This document shows positions 1 through 12,011 of a stretch of DNA of 64,000 nt, in pieces; within the stretch, counting starts at the first letter, position 1, and each line of letters begins with the position of its first letter. The stretch lies in assembly GCA_017654855.1 (NCBI GenBank), contig CM030336.1, positions 2,046,001-2,110,000 of the forward strand. Reading direction: 5' to 3'. This stretch comes from Podospora anserina (lineage: Eukaryota). The notes under the pieces are model-generated. The model was given only the letters and a program-made list of their open reading frames with translations, made no database searches and was not told the origin of the DNA. Position numbers and translations under genes: made by a program.

Positions 1-807
1 ACCATGACGGAGACGGAAGTGCGCAAAGACGAGAACGATGAGATTTATAGGCTATGTCGTCGTGGTAGGGTCGGTTGTAGGTTTGCGCGCGCGTTGATTT
101 TGCCAGCCGGATAAGGAAAGATCACGGCTAGGCGCAAAAGAAGAGAAGATGGATCTTGGAAATGACGTGGACCAGGGGGGGGGTACCTGGGTTTCTGCGA
201 AAACGCTGGGTTCGAGGGGCTGTGATACAAAGAGGTGGTCGGTAGATATCTCCGGGCAGTATCTAGAGGATGTCAGGTTGAAGCCCAACTACTATGGCAG
301 CTGTTGTAGGTACGGTACTTCTTGTCAGAGTATTTCTTATTGCACGTTCCCGCGCCTTCCATCTCCAGAGCCAAGCACAGCCCAGTCAAATTACGTACCC
401 CAGTAGCGGAAATCGCCGCGCTGCAACCGAGGGCTGTGGGAGAGCACAGCACCAACTTTTGGTGGGGCAGCATCATTGTCGTCATATACTGCTTTACACA
501 AGGACAAGTCTGGAGTCAGTATCATATATCGTCAAACAGTCCCATTGTGATTTCTAGACATCTTTCCGACATCAACTTCACCGACCGCCTCTCGACAGCC
601 ATGTTTACATACAGGCATCATGCCGTTATCAACACGCATGCGCTGAGGCCTTGGCATCAATTTTGATGCGGGGCATCACATGTATCCAGGCCATCAACAT
701 CAAAAGTACAGAGGATATGGTATCCCAGGACACAAGTTGGGTACGGACTAGAGTCTAGTAAGTTGAGCTACTTAGGTAATTTATCATCAATGATGCCCCG
801 CACAGCC

Positions 808-1779
808 TTACTGGACACCCGCAGCCTTCATGCGCTCAAAGCACTTTCGGTAGGCTTCGTGAATCTCGGGAATCTCATACCCATACTCCTTCAGCTTGTT
901 GACCAATTTCGTGGTATCAAGCTTGCAGTTGCTTCGGCCTGCCTTGATCACCTTGGCTTGCTCCTCGAGGCTAAAGTTCTTCCAGCTAAACGAGGGGCGC
1001 ACAATGTCGCGGAACAGGGTGAGCACCTCGTTGTGGGAGATGGCACCAGGGTTCGTAAAGTTGTAGATGCCCAGCTCTTTGTGCTCGGCCATCAGGATGC
1101 TAGCCGGCAGCAGGTCGTTCAGAATCGTGTTGCTGTTGGGGATGTCCACCACACGCTCGTATTTGGCGATCTTGGTGACAAAGTTGCGGGGGTGCAAGTC
1201 GTCCGACACTGGCATCCGGAGTCGAAGAATGAGGCAGTTGTTGTAGTGCTTCATGACCTGGTGGGGTGGTTGCGTGTTAGTCAGGGTCAACTATCATGAA
1301 CAAACTCCGTCGGTAAAAGTACTTGCCTCTTCAACGTGGGCCTTGGTCATGGAGTAGAAGCTCCCCGCAAAGTTGGCCGGGTCGGTTTCGAGGAAACCTG
1401 GGCCATCCCAGGGGTGTGCCTCATCGTACTGGTAGATGCAGCCGGTTGCAAATACGGTGCAGTGAATGCCGCGGAGGAAGCAGCAGTCGGTGAGGTTCAG
1501 GGTGCCGATCACATTGGACCTGATGGTAGCCTCTTGGTTGTCCTCGCACCAGTCCACGTTGGGCCGCCCAGTGCACCCAGCCGCGTTCAGCACATGAGTG
1601 GGCTTGACCCGGTCGAGCTCGGCGAGAACAGATTCGCGGTTCTCCATTCGGATCGTTGTCATGTGCACCTCCTTGCCGTCCTTCTCAAGAAGGGTCTTGA
1701 GATGTCCTGCCACCCAACCCTCGCCGCCCCAGATCAAGAAGCGGTTGCTTTGGGCGCCATTGGAACCGTCGGTGGCCAT
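808..1779 (-). CDS. UDP-4-keto-6-deoxyglucose 3,5-epimerase/4-reductase (NRS/ER-like, UDP-rhamnose synthesis), 300 aa; exons 1779-1327, 1257-808
   Basis: Motifs FLIWGGEGWVAG, NAAGCTGRPNVDWCE, YSMTK and LILRLRMP are typical of NRS/ER. The two ORFs are joined in frame by a GC-AG intron 1326-1258 (GCAAGT...CTAAC...CAG). Confidence 0.9.
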
Positions 1780-2521
1780 CTTGTGTGGTTGGAGTGTATA
1801 TCGAGGTGTATAGGCTGGGAGTAAGTATTGGCGGCAACCAGGAATTGATGCTAACGGAAAATCACAAAGAGTTGTTGAGGAGGAAGAGCATAGGCAAGTG
1901 AACCAACAGACGAGCGAGGGGGGAGATCAACAAGTAAAAAAGGAACGACATGCTCAGTTGGGGCATCGGCACGCCAGGGATGGAAGGGCTGAAAGCAAGG
2001 GCAGGAAGGTGGTCGTCTCAAAATGACAGTTACGAATCCATCCGCTACGGTAGGAGAGGCAGGTGGCCCCCCAATGCCTGCACCGCAATAGGGGTGGGAT
2101 GTCCAATAATTGCCATATAGGTGACCAGTGGTGACCAGAAGCGCTGATAGAAAGGGAAGCTAACGCAGGTCTTGTGTTTTTGTGTGGCGTGGCCACGACA
2201 GCTTGTCAGCACTTCCTTCTGCAGTCCAAAACACACGACGTCCGGGGCTGTCTGTCAGAAAGTCGGTGGCCCGGCATCCACAACTCCGTAACGCCCAATT
2301 GGGACGAAGACTGCGAGCAGGATACGAATAAGTGGTCTTCGCAATCTGGATATGTTTTTGTAGTAGTTCTCACCACGGCTCCAAAGTCTGGACCCTGGGT
2401 ACATTGTAAATGTTCCTGAAAAATGGAGACTGATATGCTGGTGAAAAGGGGCTGGAAAGCTGACAGCTTGGCTGTCGTTCACCGTAGGTAGCACCCACCC
2501 GCCATGGACGGCAACGTTGCT

Positions 2522-2550
2522 CAACAACAACAACAACAACAATAACAACA
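2522..2550. repeat. (CAA)n microsatellite in the divergent NRS/ER-ERG9 intergenic region
   Basis: (CAA)7 TAA CAA CA read directly. Confidence 0.9.
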
Positions 2551-3228
2551 CCATCTTCTATGATAGAGGCTTCCTAAGAGGAATATAATAGAAACCGGTA
2601 AAACGGCACTCTAACATGCATACAATTATCCTAGGTAGAAATCTATCTATCCCATTGTTTCGGGAAGGGTCTTCGCTCACAGCCCAGCAGATCCATTCCA
2701 GCGGTACACCGTCCTTCTGGGTGGGTGTCCGGGGAAGGAGCTTTGGCCACTTGAACTCGATTGACCAATAGCAACGCGGCCCGTGGCGGATGGGCGGACC
2801 ACTTTTCCTATTTTGCCGGTTGAAGGGTGTGAGCGAAGCCAGCAAAAAGCTGTTGAAATTGGAGAAGACAAATTTCCTGTGGAGTAGCGACACACCCTCT
2901 CGCCCCCGTCTCCATTCTCCATATTCTCCCCATGTCCCTCGTGTCTGCATCTGGTCTTTCCCGAGCACATCTGTAGCATCCAACAAGTCGACAACATTGT
3001 GATATTGCATCTGCACTTCGCACTCTTGCACCAGAACAGGAACATCACCAGATTCGACACCTAGACGGCCCCCAAACCACCAGTATATATTACACCAGGC
3101 GCCGGACACCCTACACCACTGTGTTCTGCACGTTTCGAACGACAGCCGCCCGTGTCTCACAGACACAACTCCCTCTATTCAAGAATTTAATCCCGACGTC
3201 GAGCTCCCTCGACAATCCACAGCCCAGC

Positions 3229-4859
3229 ATGGGTGCCGCTCAGCAAATTGCTTACTTCCTCCTCCACCCTAATGAGCTTCGGTCCATCGCTCAATGGTAC
3301 GCGCCCCCCCTTACCTTGCCCGTGCTCTACCCCCCTTGTTTCTAACCTAGTCGGCTACAGGAAAGTATGGCATGAGCCTGTCCACAGACGCGATGCCTCC
3401 AAGGAGACGCCCACCGAGAAATCATGCTTCCACTTCCTCAAGTTGACGTCGCGGTCATTCTCAGCTGTCATTCAAGAGCTCAACCCCGAGCTCCTGATGC
3501 CGATATGCCTCTTCTACCTCGTCCTGCGTGGTCTCGACACCATCGAAGACGACATGACCCTTGACATCAAGGAGAAGGAGCCCCTCCTCCGCGATTTTCA
3601 CAACATCATGGAGCAGGATGGCTGGACTTTCGACAAGAACGGGCCCAACGAGAAGGACAGGGAGCTGCTCGTCCACTTCGACGACATTATCTTCGAGCTG
3701 AAGAAGGTCAAGAAGCCATATTATGATATCATCAAGGACATCACCGAGAAGATGGGCAATGGCATGGCCGATTACGCGCTCAACGCTGAGCACAACAACA
3801 TTGGTGTGGGCACCATCAAGGAGTACGAGTTGTACTGCCATTATGTTGCCGGTCTGGTGGGAGAGGGCTTGACACGCCTGTTTGTGGAAAGCAACCTTGC
3901 CAACCCGCAACTTCTGGTGCGCATGGATCTCACTGAGAGCATGGGCCAGTTCTTGCAAAAGGTTAACATCATTCGCGACGTACACGAGGACTGGATCGAC
4001 AAGCGGCGATTCTGGCCCAGAGAAATCTGGTCCAAGTATGTTGACAACTGGGACGATCTCTTTGCCCCGGCCAACCGCGAGAAGGCCCTTCAGTGCAGCT
4101 CTGAGATGGTGCTCAACGCTCTCAAGCATGCCGAGGAGTGTCTTTTCTACATGGCTGGTATCCGAGACCAGAGTGTCTTCAACTTCGTGGCGATTCCCCA
4201 AAGCATGGCCATTGCTACCCTGGATCTTGTCTTCCGCAACCCCGCCATCTTCGAACGGAACGTCAAGATCACCAAGGGAGACGCCTGCCAACTGATGATC
4301 GAGTCGACACAAAACCTGCGGGTGGTCTGCGATGTTTTCAAGAAGTACGCGAGAAGGATACACAAGAAGAATGACCCCAGGGATCCCAACTTCCTTGCCA
4401 TCAGCGCGCAATGTGGAAAGGTATGTGCAATCGCACACAACTCATGCTCAACATGTAGGACAAGCTAACCAGGTGCAACCAGATCGAGCAATTCATTGAG
4501 ACCATCTTCCCAACGCAAGACCCTAACAAGGTCAGGGCTGGGCTCAAGCAAGAAGATCCCAAGATGGACGCCTTGGAGACTTTCTATCTGATTGCTGCTG
4601 CGCTGTCAACATTCATCTTGATCGGTGTTCTGATGGTGGGTCTACCTCTCGGGGCTCCACATTATTCCGGCCCGCGGCGGTGGAGTCCGCATTTTTTCCC
4701 ACCTCGAAAAAAAAAGCTAACTATTTTGTCCAGATTGGAATTGCATGGTACTTTGGTGCTCGGTTCGACCAGGTCTTCAAAAACATCGACCAAAAGATCG
4801 CCGGCACTGTTACCAGCTCAGTGGCTGCTGTTACCAGCGTTGCTCACGAGGAACTGTGA
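3229..4859 (+). CDS. ERG9: Squalene synthase; exons 3229-3296, 3361-4420, 4483-4635, 4734-4859
   Basis: [30 protein letters not shown] and NIIRD motifs; C-terminal TM helix; ends HEEL; three canonical introns. Confidence 0.97.
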
Positions 4860-6581
4860 GAAGCGACCTGGCCCAGCAAGCAAATTCGACCCCTCGGCGC
4901 GCTCTTTTTCCCCCTCTTCACAGCGTGCGCTGATATTCGCTACATACACTTAATGATATACCTCGATACACTGCGCTTTATGATGAACGATCGGTTAGTT
5001 GGACAGGGCCACCTACCCAGGGTTATATGGGACATGAATAGTATTCTCGCGGAATCGTTGTCACCATGGGGGCACCCACCCGAGCAATCTACTAATACTA
5101 ATACATTCCTTCGGTATACTTTTCTCTTTGCTTTCACTTGTGACCTTTCTCGAAGAAAAACACAAAGTCAGAACTAGCACGGATGTCAAATTACAATTCA
5201 GTCGCCTCGTTTCCTTCGGGGACGATGGTTTCAATGACTGTGGTTGTGCCGAAGATGTGCTGATAGCAACCCCTGGGCAAGTAGCCTGGTATCCGGGCAC
5301 GCTTTCATCTGGGCTCTTTGCTTCTTGGTCAATAGCCTGATGACGGTGGATTGCGACATGTTTTGACGATACCTTAATGATTCCACATGCCCTGTGACCT
5401 GATTGTTACACACACACTGGGAGGAAAGCGAAGAGAGAGACGCGTCGAGGCCCAAGCCACCGGGCCTGTGTCACGATGTTGAGACTTTGCCGCGCGGTGT
5501 GGTGGTGGTGTGTGTCGGGTTGTATAAAACGGCCGCAGTGGTCGGTCCTACGGGTTCCCACGTGGGCGTCGTCCACTGATTGAAGCCCACGGGTTCACTT
5601 GTCATTCATTCCTACAGCAGTGGCTGTGGGATTTGAGTTGACGGTTCTTACTCGACCGCGGTCTTGTGGACGAATAGATTTTCCTAGTGCCTGTGTACAA
5701 GCAAGCAAGCATTCAATACAATACATCGGAACTTGGCATCTTTTCATCACAGCAATAGCGTCCAACACAGTGGGTAGGTAGTTCCATCAAACAACACCCA
5801 TCACAACGCTCAAGCCCTTTCTTGCCCCAAGCTTGACGTGCAACCTTTTTCTTTCTTTCTAAATCAAACCTCTACTACCTCATTATTCCCGTACTCTCCC
5901 CGCCCGTCTGTTCAGTCATGTTCGGGCAAGTGAGTTGAGTGACCGAGTTACACCAAGTTTGATCTCTTGTCAGATTTCCCCTTTTCTTTTTCATGCAACG
6001 ACAGGGCGCCCATCCACCAGTCGGGTGCTCTGAAACCTTGTCCACAACCCGCAGCTGCACCATTCCCCCAGAAATTTGACTGGCTGTCCAGCAGAGAAGA
6101 TAACTGAAACACTCGGTTTGTTTCCGAGAGTCACAACTGACTCAGGCTGATTTGTTCTCCAACAACTTCACTCAACACTCGCATTCGTATGTACTACAAG
6201 GTTTCTTGTATCTTGTTTTTTTTGTGTTATTCATTCCATTGTCATTTTCATTGCCCCCTTGAAAAGTTTCCATGGTTTTGTCTATCTCGATGGCCTCGGG
6301 AATTCAGAAGTGTGTGTATATGTAGATTAATATGTACAAAGATGTTTTGCTTGTCTCTTCCTCCTCAAGACAGTTCGGCGCATCGGTAAACCAACCACCC
6401 CTCTCTAGAAAATAAATTGTTGTATGTACAGTGCCTGCTGCAAAGATTTCAAAAAGATCGCATTGCAAACAGAGGCGAAAAAACCACTCGCTCTTTTCTC
6501 TCTCTCTCTCGCCAATCCCTCCCAAACAGAAAACTTAAAATGGCAAATATATCAGTTCATTACTTTTTTCATGACAGTTCT

Positions 6582-7862
6582 TCATCTGAAGCCGTTGTTG
6601 GCGATGAGGTCGGTCGTGCCGGCAACGTTGCTGGCGGCCACGACTCTGGAGTTGGTCTGGCCGGCGAGCTGCTTGAGGCGGTCGGCCACCTGCTGGACAC
6701 CGGTGATGCCCTCGAGAGCCATGATGTAGGCGGCGAGACCGGCAACGTGGGGGGAGGCCATGGAAGTTCCGCTCAGGGTGGCGGTGTCGCTGTCGCTGCG
6801 GATGCCGCAGGACTCGACACGGACACCGGGGGCGAAGATGTCAACGAGGGGACCAAAGTTGGAGAAGGAGGCGCGGCGGTCGTTGGTCTGATCAATAGCA
6901 CCGACAGTGATGGCGGCCTCGGCAGAGCCAGGGGAGGTGAGGGCAGTGTCCTGGTTCTCGTTACCGGCGGCAACAACGGGAACGACACCGGCAGCCTCGA
7001 TACGGTTGATGGCGGTGTTGACGGCCTGGGAGAAAGAGCCGCCGAGAGACATGTTCATGACGGCCTTGCCACGGAGACCACGGCGGGTGGCATCACGGGC
7101 AACAAAGTCCATACCGGCAATCACGCCAGAGTTGGAACCGGAACCGTCAGCACCGAGGACCTTGACAGCAACGAGCTGGGTCTTCTTGGCGACACCAAAC
7201 TTCCAGCCTCCAATGGTGCCAGCAACGTGGGTGCCGTGGCCGTTGAGATCCGTCTCATCTTCGCCTCGGATGAAGGAGGCGCCGAATCTGGCCCTCCCCT
7301 GCAAGTCCTCGTGGGTGGTACGGATACCAGTGTCCACAACGTAAGCAGTGATGCCCTCTCCAGCAGAACTGTCAAAGAAATAACCATTCTGTCTGGCACC
7401 GTCATGGCTGAGGCGGGCCAAGCCGGTAGGGGCGCGAGACTGAAGCTGGCGGACATTGAGCTTGATGACGGCATCCTGCTCGATGTAGCTGACCTCCTTG
7501 GCGGCATAGATCTCATTGATCAAGGCATCATCGGCCTCCAGAGCCATAGCTCTCCACTGGTCGATCTGGAAGGTCTCGACTGTCGTAGAAAGGATGTTGT
7601 TGGTCAGTGGGCTGCGCTTCCCAATGTTGCGCTTGGCGATCACGCTCGCAATGCTGGACTCGTGGGCAAAGACCTCATCATCGCTGAAGGTGTTGTTGTA
7701 GACCACGATGAACTTGTGGGGGATGAGGTTCTGGGCATCGGGGTTGGCGATGGGCACACCGATATAGAACCCCTCGGACTTGGTGAAGGTGGTGGCAGGA
7801 GCAGCAGACACCCCAAGGGCAGACAGAGCAACGCTCAAGGAAACAAGAAATCGGCCAGCCAT
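6582..7862 (-). CDS. Secreted subtilisin-like serine protease (S8A, proteinase K type) with I9 propeptide, intronless
   Basis: Signal peptide; catalytic triad motifs [12 protein letters not shown] and GTSMASPH. Confidence 0.96.
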   Translation of the reverse strand: MAGRFLVSLSVALSALGVSAAPATTFTKSEGFYIGVPIANPDAQNLIPHKFIVVYNNTFSDDEVFAHESSIASVIAKRNIGKRSPLTNNILSTTVETFQIDQWRAMALEADDALINEIYAAKEVSYIEQDAVIKLNVRQLQSRAPTGLARLSHDGARQNGYFFDSSAGEGITAYVVDTGIRTTHEDLQGRARFGASFIRGEDETDLNGHGTHVAGTIGGWKFGVAKKTQLVAVKVLGADGSGSNSGVIAGMDFVARDATRRGLRGKAVMNMSLGGSFSQAVNTAINRIEAAGVVPVVAAGNENQDTALTSPGSAEAAITVGAIDQTNDRRASFSNFGPLVDIFAPGVRVESCGIRSDSDTATLSGTSMASPHVAGLAAYIMALEGITGVQQVADRLKQLAGQTNSRVVAASNVAGTTDLIANNGFR

Positions 7863-8296
7863 TGTTGATGTATTGTTGATGGTGTTTTAGACAGGTTGTT
7901 GATGAAGTTCGAGGAAAAGAATGGATCGGTTGGTGGGACCACGTAACTGGATGCTGAAACTGGTTTTGAAGCAACGTCGAAAAGACGAGATCGGCTAGAT
8001 GCAGTTGATCAAGGATTGTCGGGAAGTGAAGAAAAAGGGTATGCACAGCACGAGAAGAAAGCAAATGGGTGGAAGGCAACGTTGACGATGCCTGACCGGG
8101 AAAAAGGAATGGAAGGAAGGAGGAAGAAAAGAGCAAGTGACAAGGACGGATGGGATAACAACAAAAGAGAGAAGCCCACGAGAGAGAAGTAGATTAACTG
8201 CTATTTAACTGAGAAGCGCGCATGAAGTTGGCGGCCCATTTTGAACCCCCTTTTGCAGAAAGCAACGACGCTGTTTGGGTGGTGGGTGCAACCTTC

Positions 8297-8615
8297 AGGG
8301 GAGCGTGGTACAAAGCAGGCCAGGGGGTTACCGGGGTACTTACATGGGACGTCTCCCCTGACTCCCCTGGCTCCCCTGGACGCCAAGTCAAACGGCAGAT
8401 CCCCAGGCGTGCCAAGATGGCAAATCCTCCGCGATTCTGAACGACTTTGGACAGAGCCCTGAAGTTTCGACAGATGTTAGACGAGAACTACTCGTGATCT
8501 CGAACCTGGCAAGGGACGCTGCAGTTCTCCCAATACAGAGCTCAGGTGGCATGCTAGATTGGCCCCCATGATCGGATTCCCGTGGCCGCTGTGGCTGCCA
8601 TCTCTGGCGGCCAGG
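8297..8615. promoter_or_regulatory. Cluster of PacC-type (GCCARG) and STRE (CCCCT) sites upstream of the subtilisin
   Basis: GCCARG on either strand at 8319, 8366, 8382, 8411, 8505 and 8610; CCCCT/AGGGG at 8297, 8322, 8355, 8364 and 8373. Confidence 0.6.
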
Positions 8616-11600
8616 AACACACGACGGTCTGGGGAGACTTGGGCAAAACTGGGATGAGCTGGGATGGACGGAGGAATGGCCGACTTGCTGACCTCGCAAA
8701 CGTCGGGCGCCGGCTGAGCCGGGTCTGCTCAAGTGGTCTCTTTGGCTCCAGCATCAGCTCCAGGCGGATTCGAAAGGCAAACGCATGCCACAGGATTTGC
8801 CGTCCGTTGTTGGTGATGCGGTTGGCAAAGTTGAACGAGAATGATTCCGGCGCATAACAGATCTTCTTTGATCTCCCGCCGCGAGGGTGGTTGTTGTGGC
8901 TGTCGTGAGCCTGCGGGAAGCGTGGGAAGCAAAAGAACCATGGGTCTTGCAAACACGGCATTGGTGGAAAGAGAATGTGTGATGGTTGCGACTTGATCGA
9001 GGCTCCAGGTGCCGCCATTGGACACGAGGAACCGACAGCTCGTACCCTGCAATTCCGTTGCGGAAATGTCTCTGCCCAATCGACCTCTGCCGCGTCCATG
9101 GGAATGCGGCTCTGGGCTGGGTCTCGTCCGGCCTGATGCTTGGCAACAATTAACTGCAAACCTGCGCTTGAATCTGAACAGTTAAAGTCCGAGATCTCGC
9201 TGTCACTTTCGGATGAGGCAAACCTGTTTGACCTGTTTTGGAGGTGATGGATCGCTGGCTCCGATGAGGTCTTTGGAATCCACACGGCATTGAATGGGGT
9301 CTCCGGATTAACCCATTGACCTGCCCAATGGAAGTTGTTGCCAGCGGCCGACGAGAACAGACGTCGGCGGCAGCAGCAACAAGCAACAAGGCCACCATCC
9401 TCCGTCACCCAAAAAGAAAGGTAGGAGCCGCGCTGTGCAGACCCTCTGCGCGGGGGTGGCGCATTTCGTGAAGCGCGCTAATGGTGGACCCCGCTCGCTG
9501 GGAACATTCTACACTATAAAGGATGGCATTCAGGAGGATGCGCTCCAAACAACTTTCAACGTCCTGGGGCTGTCTGGCGAGAGACACCGAGCATCAACAA
9601 GAAGCAGGCAGCGTAACAGAGAGGAAACATGGATATGACATGTCAATGCCAAGGGGGCCGTTGGCGCCGTTGCAGGGACCCGTATCGTACGAAATTATCT
9701 GGGGAAGGGGGCAGGTGCAGGCGAGAAATGGTGTGGATTTGTGGATTTGTGGACTTGTTAGTGCAGTGCAGCCGCCCGTTTAGATGCTGAAACACCAAGG
9801 TCCGTTCTGTGAAATCTCCACAGCGCGTGTTTCGGTCCTCTGCTACCATAGCATCCAGCTCGGAGATTTCGACACTTCTCTCTCCATTTGGAATTTCTGT
9901 TGCCGCCGACCCTCCGTGCTCATCCAACTGCCATGAATAGGTAAGCGGTTTTGGATATCTACCACATCAGTCAGCGAAGAAACAAAACATCTCCATAATG
10001 TACCAGAGCTTGGATTCTCTGGTGCTCAAACCAAGCACAGCCCACCCAGTCCAGTCTACGGAGTAGTGCACCGTGATGGCAACTAACAACTTCTCGAAAT
10101 AGACCATCCGATCGCCGCTTCATGCCTTGGCTTTGCGCTTGCGCATAAACATGCCCTGGGCGAGCAGTCGAGTTATATACAAACCGGGCGGCCGCAGCAT
10201 GAACCTCGATATTAACAGTACCGGTGCTGCGTACGACCTCGGTTGAGCAGAGGACAGTTTCGACCTCACGGAAGCAAGAGCCGAGTAATGGCCTCGGGCT
10301 GTCCTGGTGAGCAAATCCCCCGGTTCGCCTGCCGTCGGTTAGCGCGGAGTGGGCCCGATGTCCGGGCGCCCAAGGCCGAGAATTGTGGGCCGATAACAAG
10401 AGGAATACCGGCCATTCGGGGGCGAAATCCGGCCGGCCTCATTCGACCTGCACCACCCACCTGACCCCGCAAACTAACTGTCTTCCAGAACTTCGGAACG
10501 GAGTCGATGTGGAGATGGATGCAGCCTTACCATAAGACCAGCAAAATATCTGGGAATGGGGTGAGACCGAGGGCACAGAGGGCAGTACAGTAAACAAACA
10601 AGGCAACGAAAGCCACTATGATGTAACTGCGTGTGTGAGTGGGACTGTTCACACATCACGTAAACCAACATTCTGAGGTGGCCGGGTCTTCCTCCGCAGA
10701 TTATCTGGGTTGCCACGGCTGCCACTATTTCTCTCCTTTCTCGTCAAGATGATTATCTCATGACATGGCCCGATCTGATGAGGTTATCTGCGTAGTGCGT
10801 AGTGGGGTTTGTCGCGTCACTCAGCATGAACATGAAGCATGACGACCTGAGGAATAAGAAAGAGAATAGAAATAGATCAACCAGCCAGTAGGTAATCGGC
10901 ACCCTCTTTCCCTTGAGGAGGGAATCGTTCAATTGAGTGGCTCTCGAGCGGCTGTGCCCGGGCAATGCGCAGGTTGCGAATTGGATTGGGGCTTCATCCG
11001 TGTCTCATGCGACAGACAGGTGTCTGTACGAAGTAGTGGTCCCTGGAAAAAAGAAGAAAGAAAAGTCGTCCAGGGATGTCCAAACTGCCCTTTTTCATAT
11101 TTTGGGAGCCTTCTTCGTCATCCATCACCTCATATCCAAGGGAGTGCCAGTTAGTTTTATTCCCCGGGCTTGCTAGGTACCACCTGGCGGAGTGAACCGC
11201 CCAAGACAAGACGTCCGTCCGTTGACTGACTGCGCCTTCGGTGGGCTGGAACACACTGCAATCTGTGACCCAACAACTCGCAAATCCCAGCTTGGGTCTT
11301 ATCGAGACTTGCACATCACCACAACAACACAGCGAGCAACAACAGCAACACTCCAATCCAGCACCAACGCTCTTCCGTCTGCGCTCTCCGTCTGAGGCTT
11401 ACGCACATCATTAACTTTGCGATCTAGCAAGGGCCAAGTCGGCCAATCCAGCGCCCAAGTGTACAGGAACCTAACCCCGCGCCCGTCCGTCCACGCGACC
11501 AGTATAAGCCAGACCCGACTCCAGTCGGTGCCCTACCTACCCACCGCAGCAGGCAGTGCGCGCTGCAGATAAAACAACAAGAACAAAGTTTCGTAAAATC

Positions 11601-12011
11601 AAGCTCGGCCATCGATCCGGGCCCGCTGGTCCAAGTCGCAGTGAACGAGTTGTCCGTCTGCGCTATAGCGGCTCTCGAGTCTGCGCCATCCTCCATCCAC
11701 CACCCACAACAGACCTACCGTCCAGGTCTGTCCTGTCCTGTCCGTTTCCGTTCGATTTGACCCCGAACGACAGACACCACATCCACCCACCACCGCCCGG
11801 TTTTCTCGACGAGTAGATAGTTTCCCGTGGTCGGCCTTGCGTCCCTTTTCGACTTCGTGTGGTTCCAGGTCGATTCGTCGCCAGCCTAGTCGGAGACCAG
11901 AGCCTCGTGTACTGCTGTGCCATGGTTGTCGCATCATCATCCGACGACAACTGAGAAGTGTTACCGATAGCCCACGACTGATTCCCGCGGGCGAATACGA
12001 CATCGAGGAGA

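Noticed and set aside
3044-3053. ATCACCAGAT as a sterol-response element upstream of ERG9
   Set aside because: Single imperfect match; not distinguishable from chance by eye
6417-7868. 483-aa + strand ORF (and similar ORFs at 3461-4438, 24052-24921 and 50803-51720)
   Set aside because: Antisense shadows of real genes caused by codon bias; no motifs of their own
8554-9408. 284-aa minus-strand ORF upstream of the subtilisin
   Set aside because: Non-ATG start, no motifs, and it overlaps the apparent promoter region
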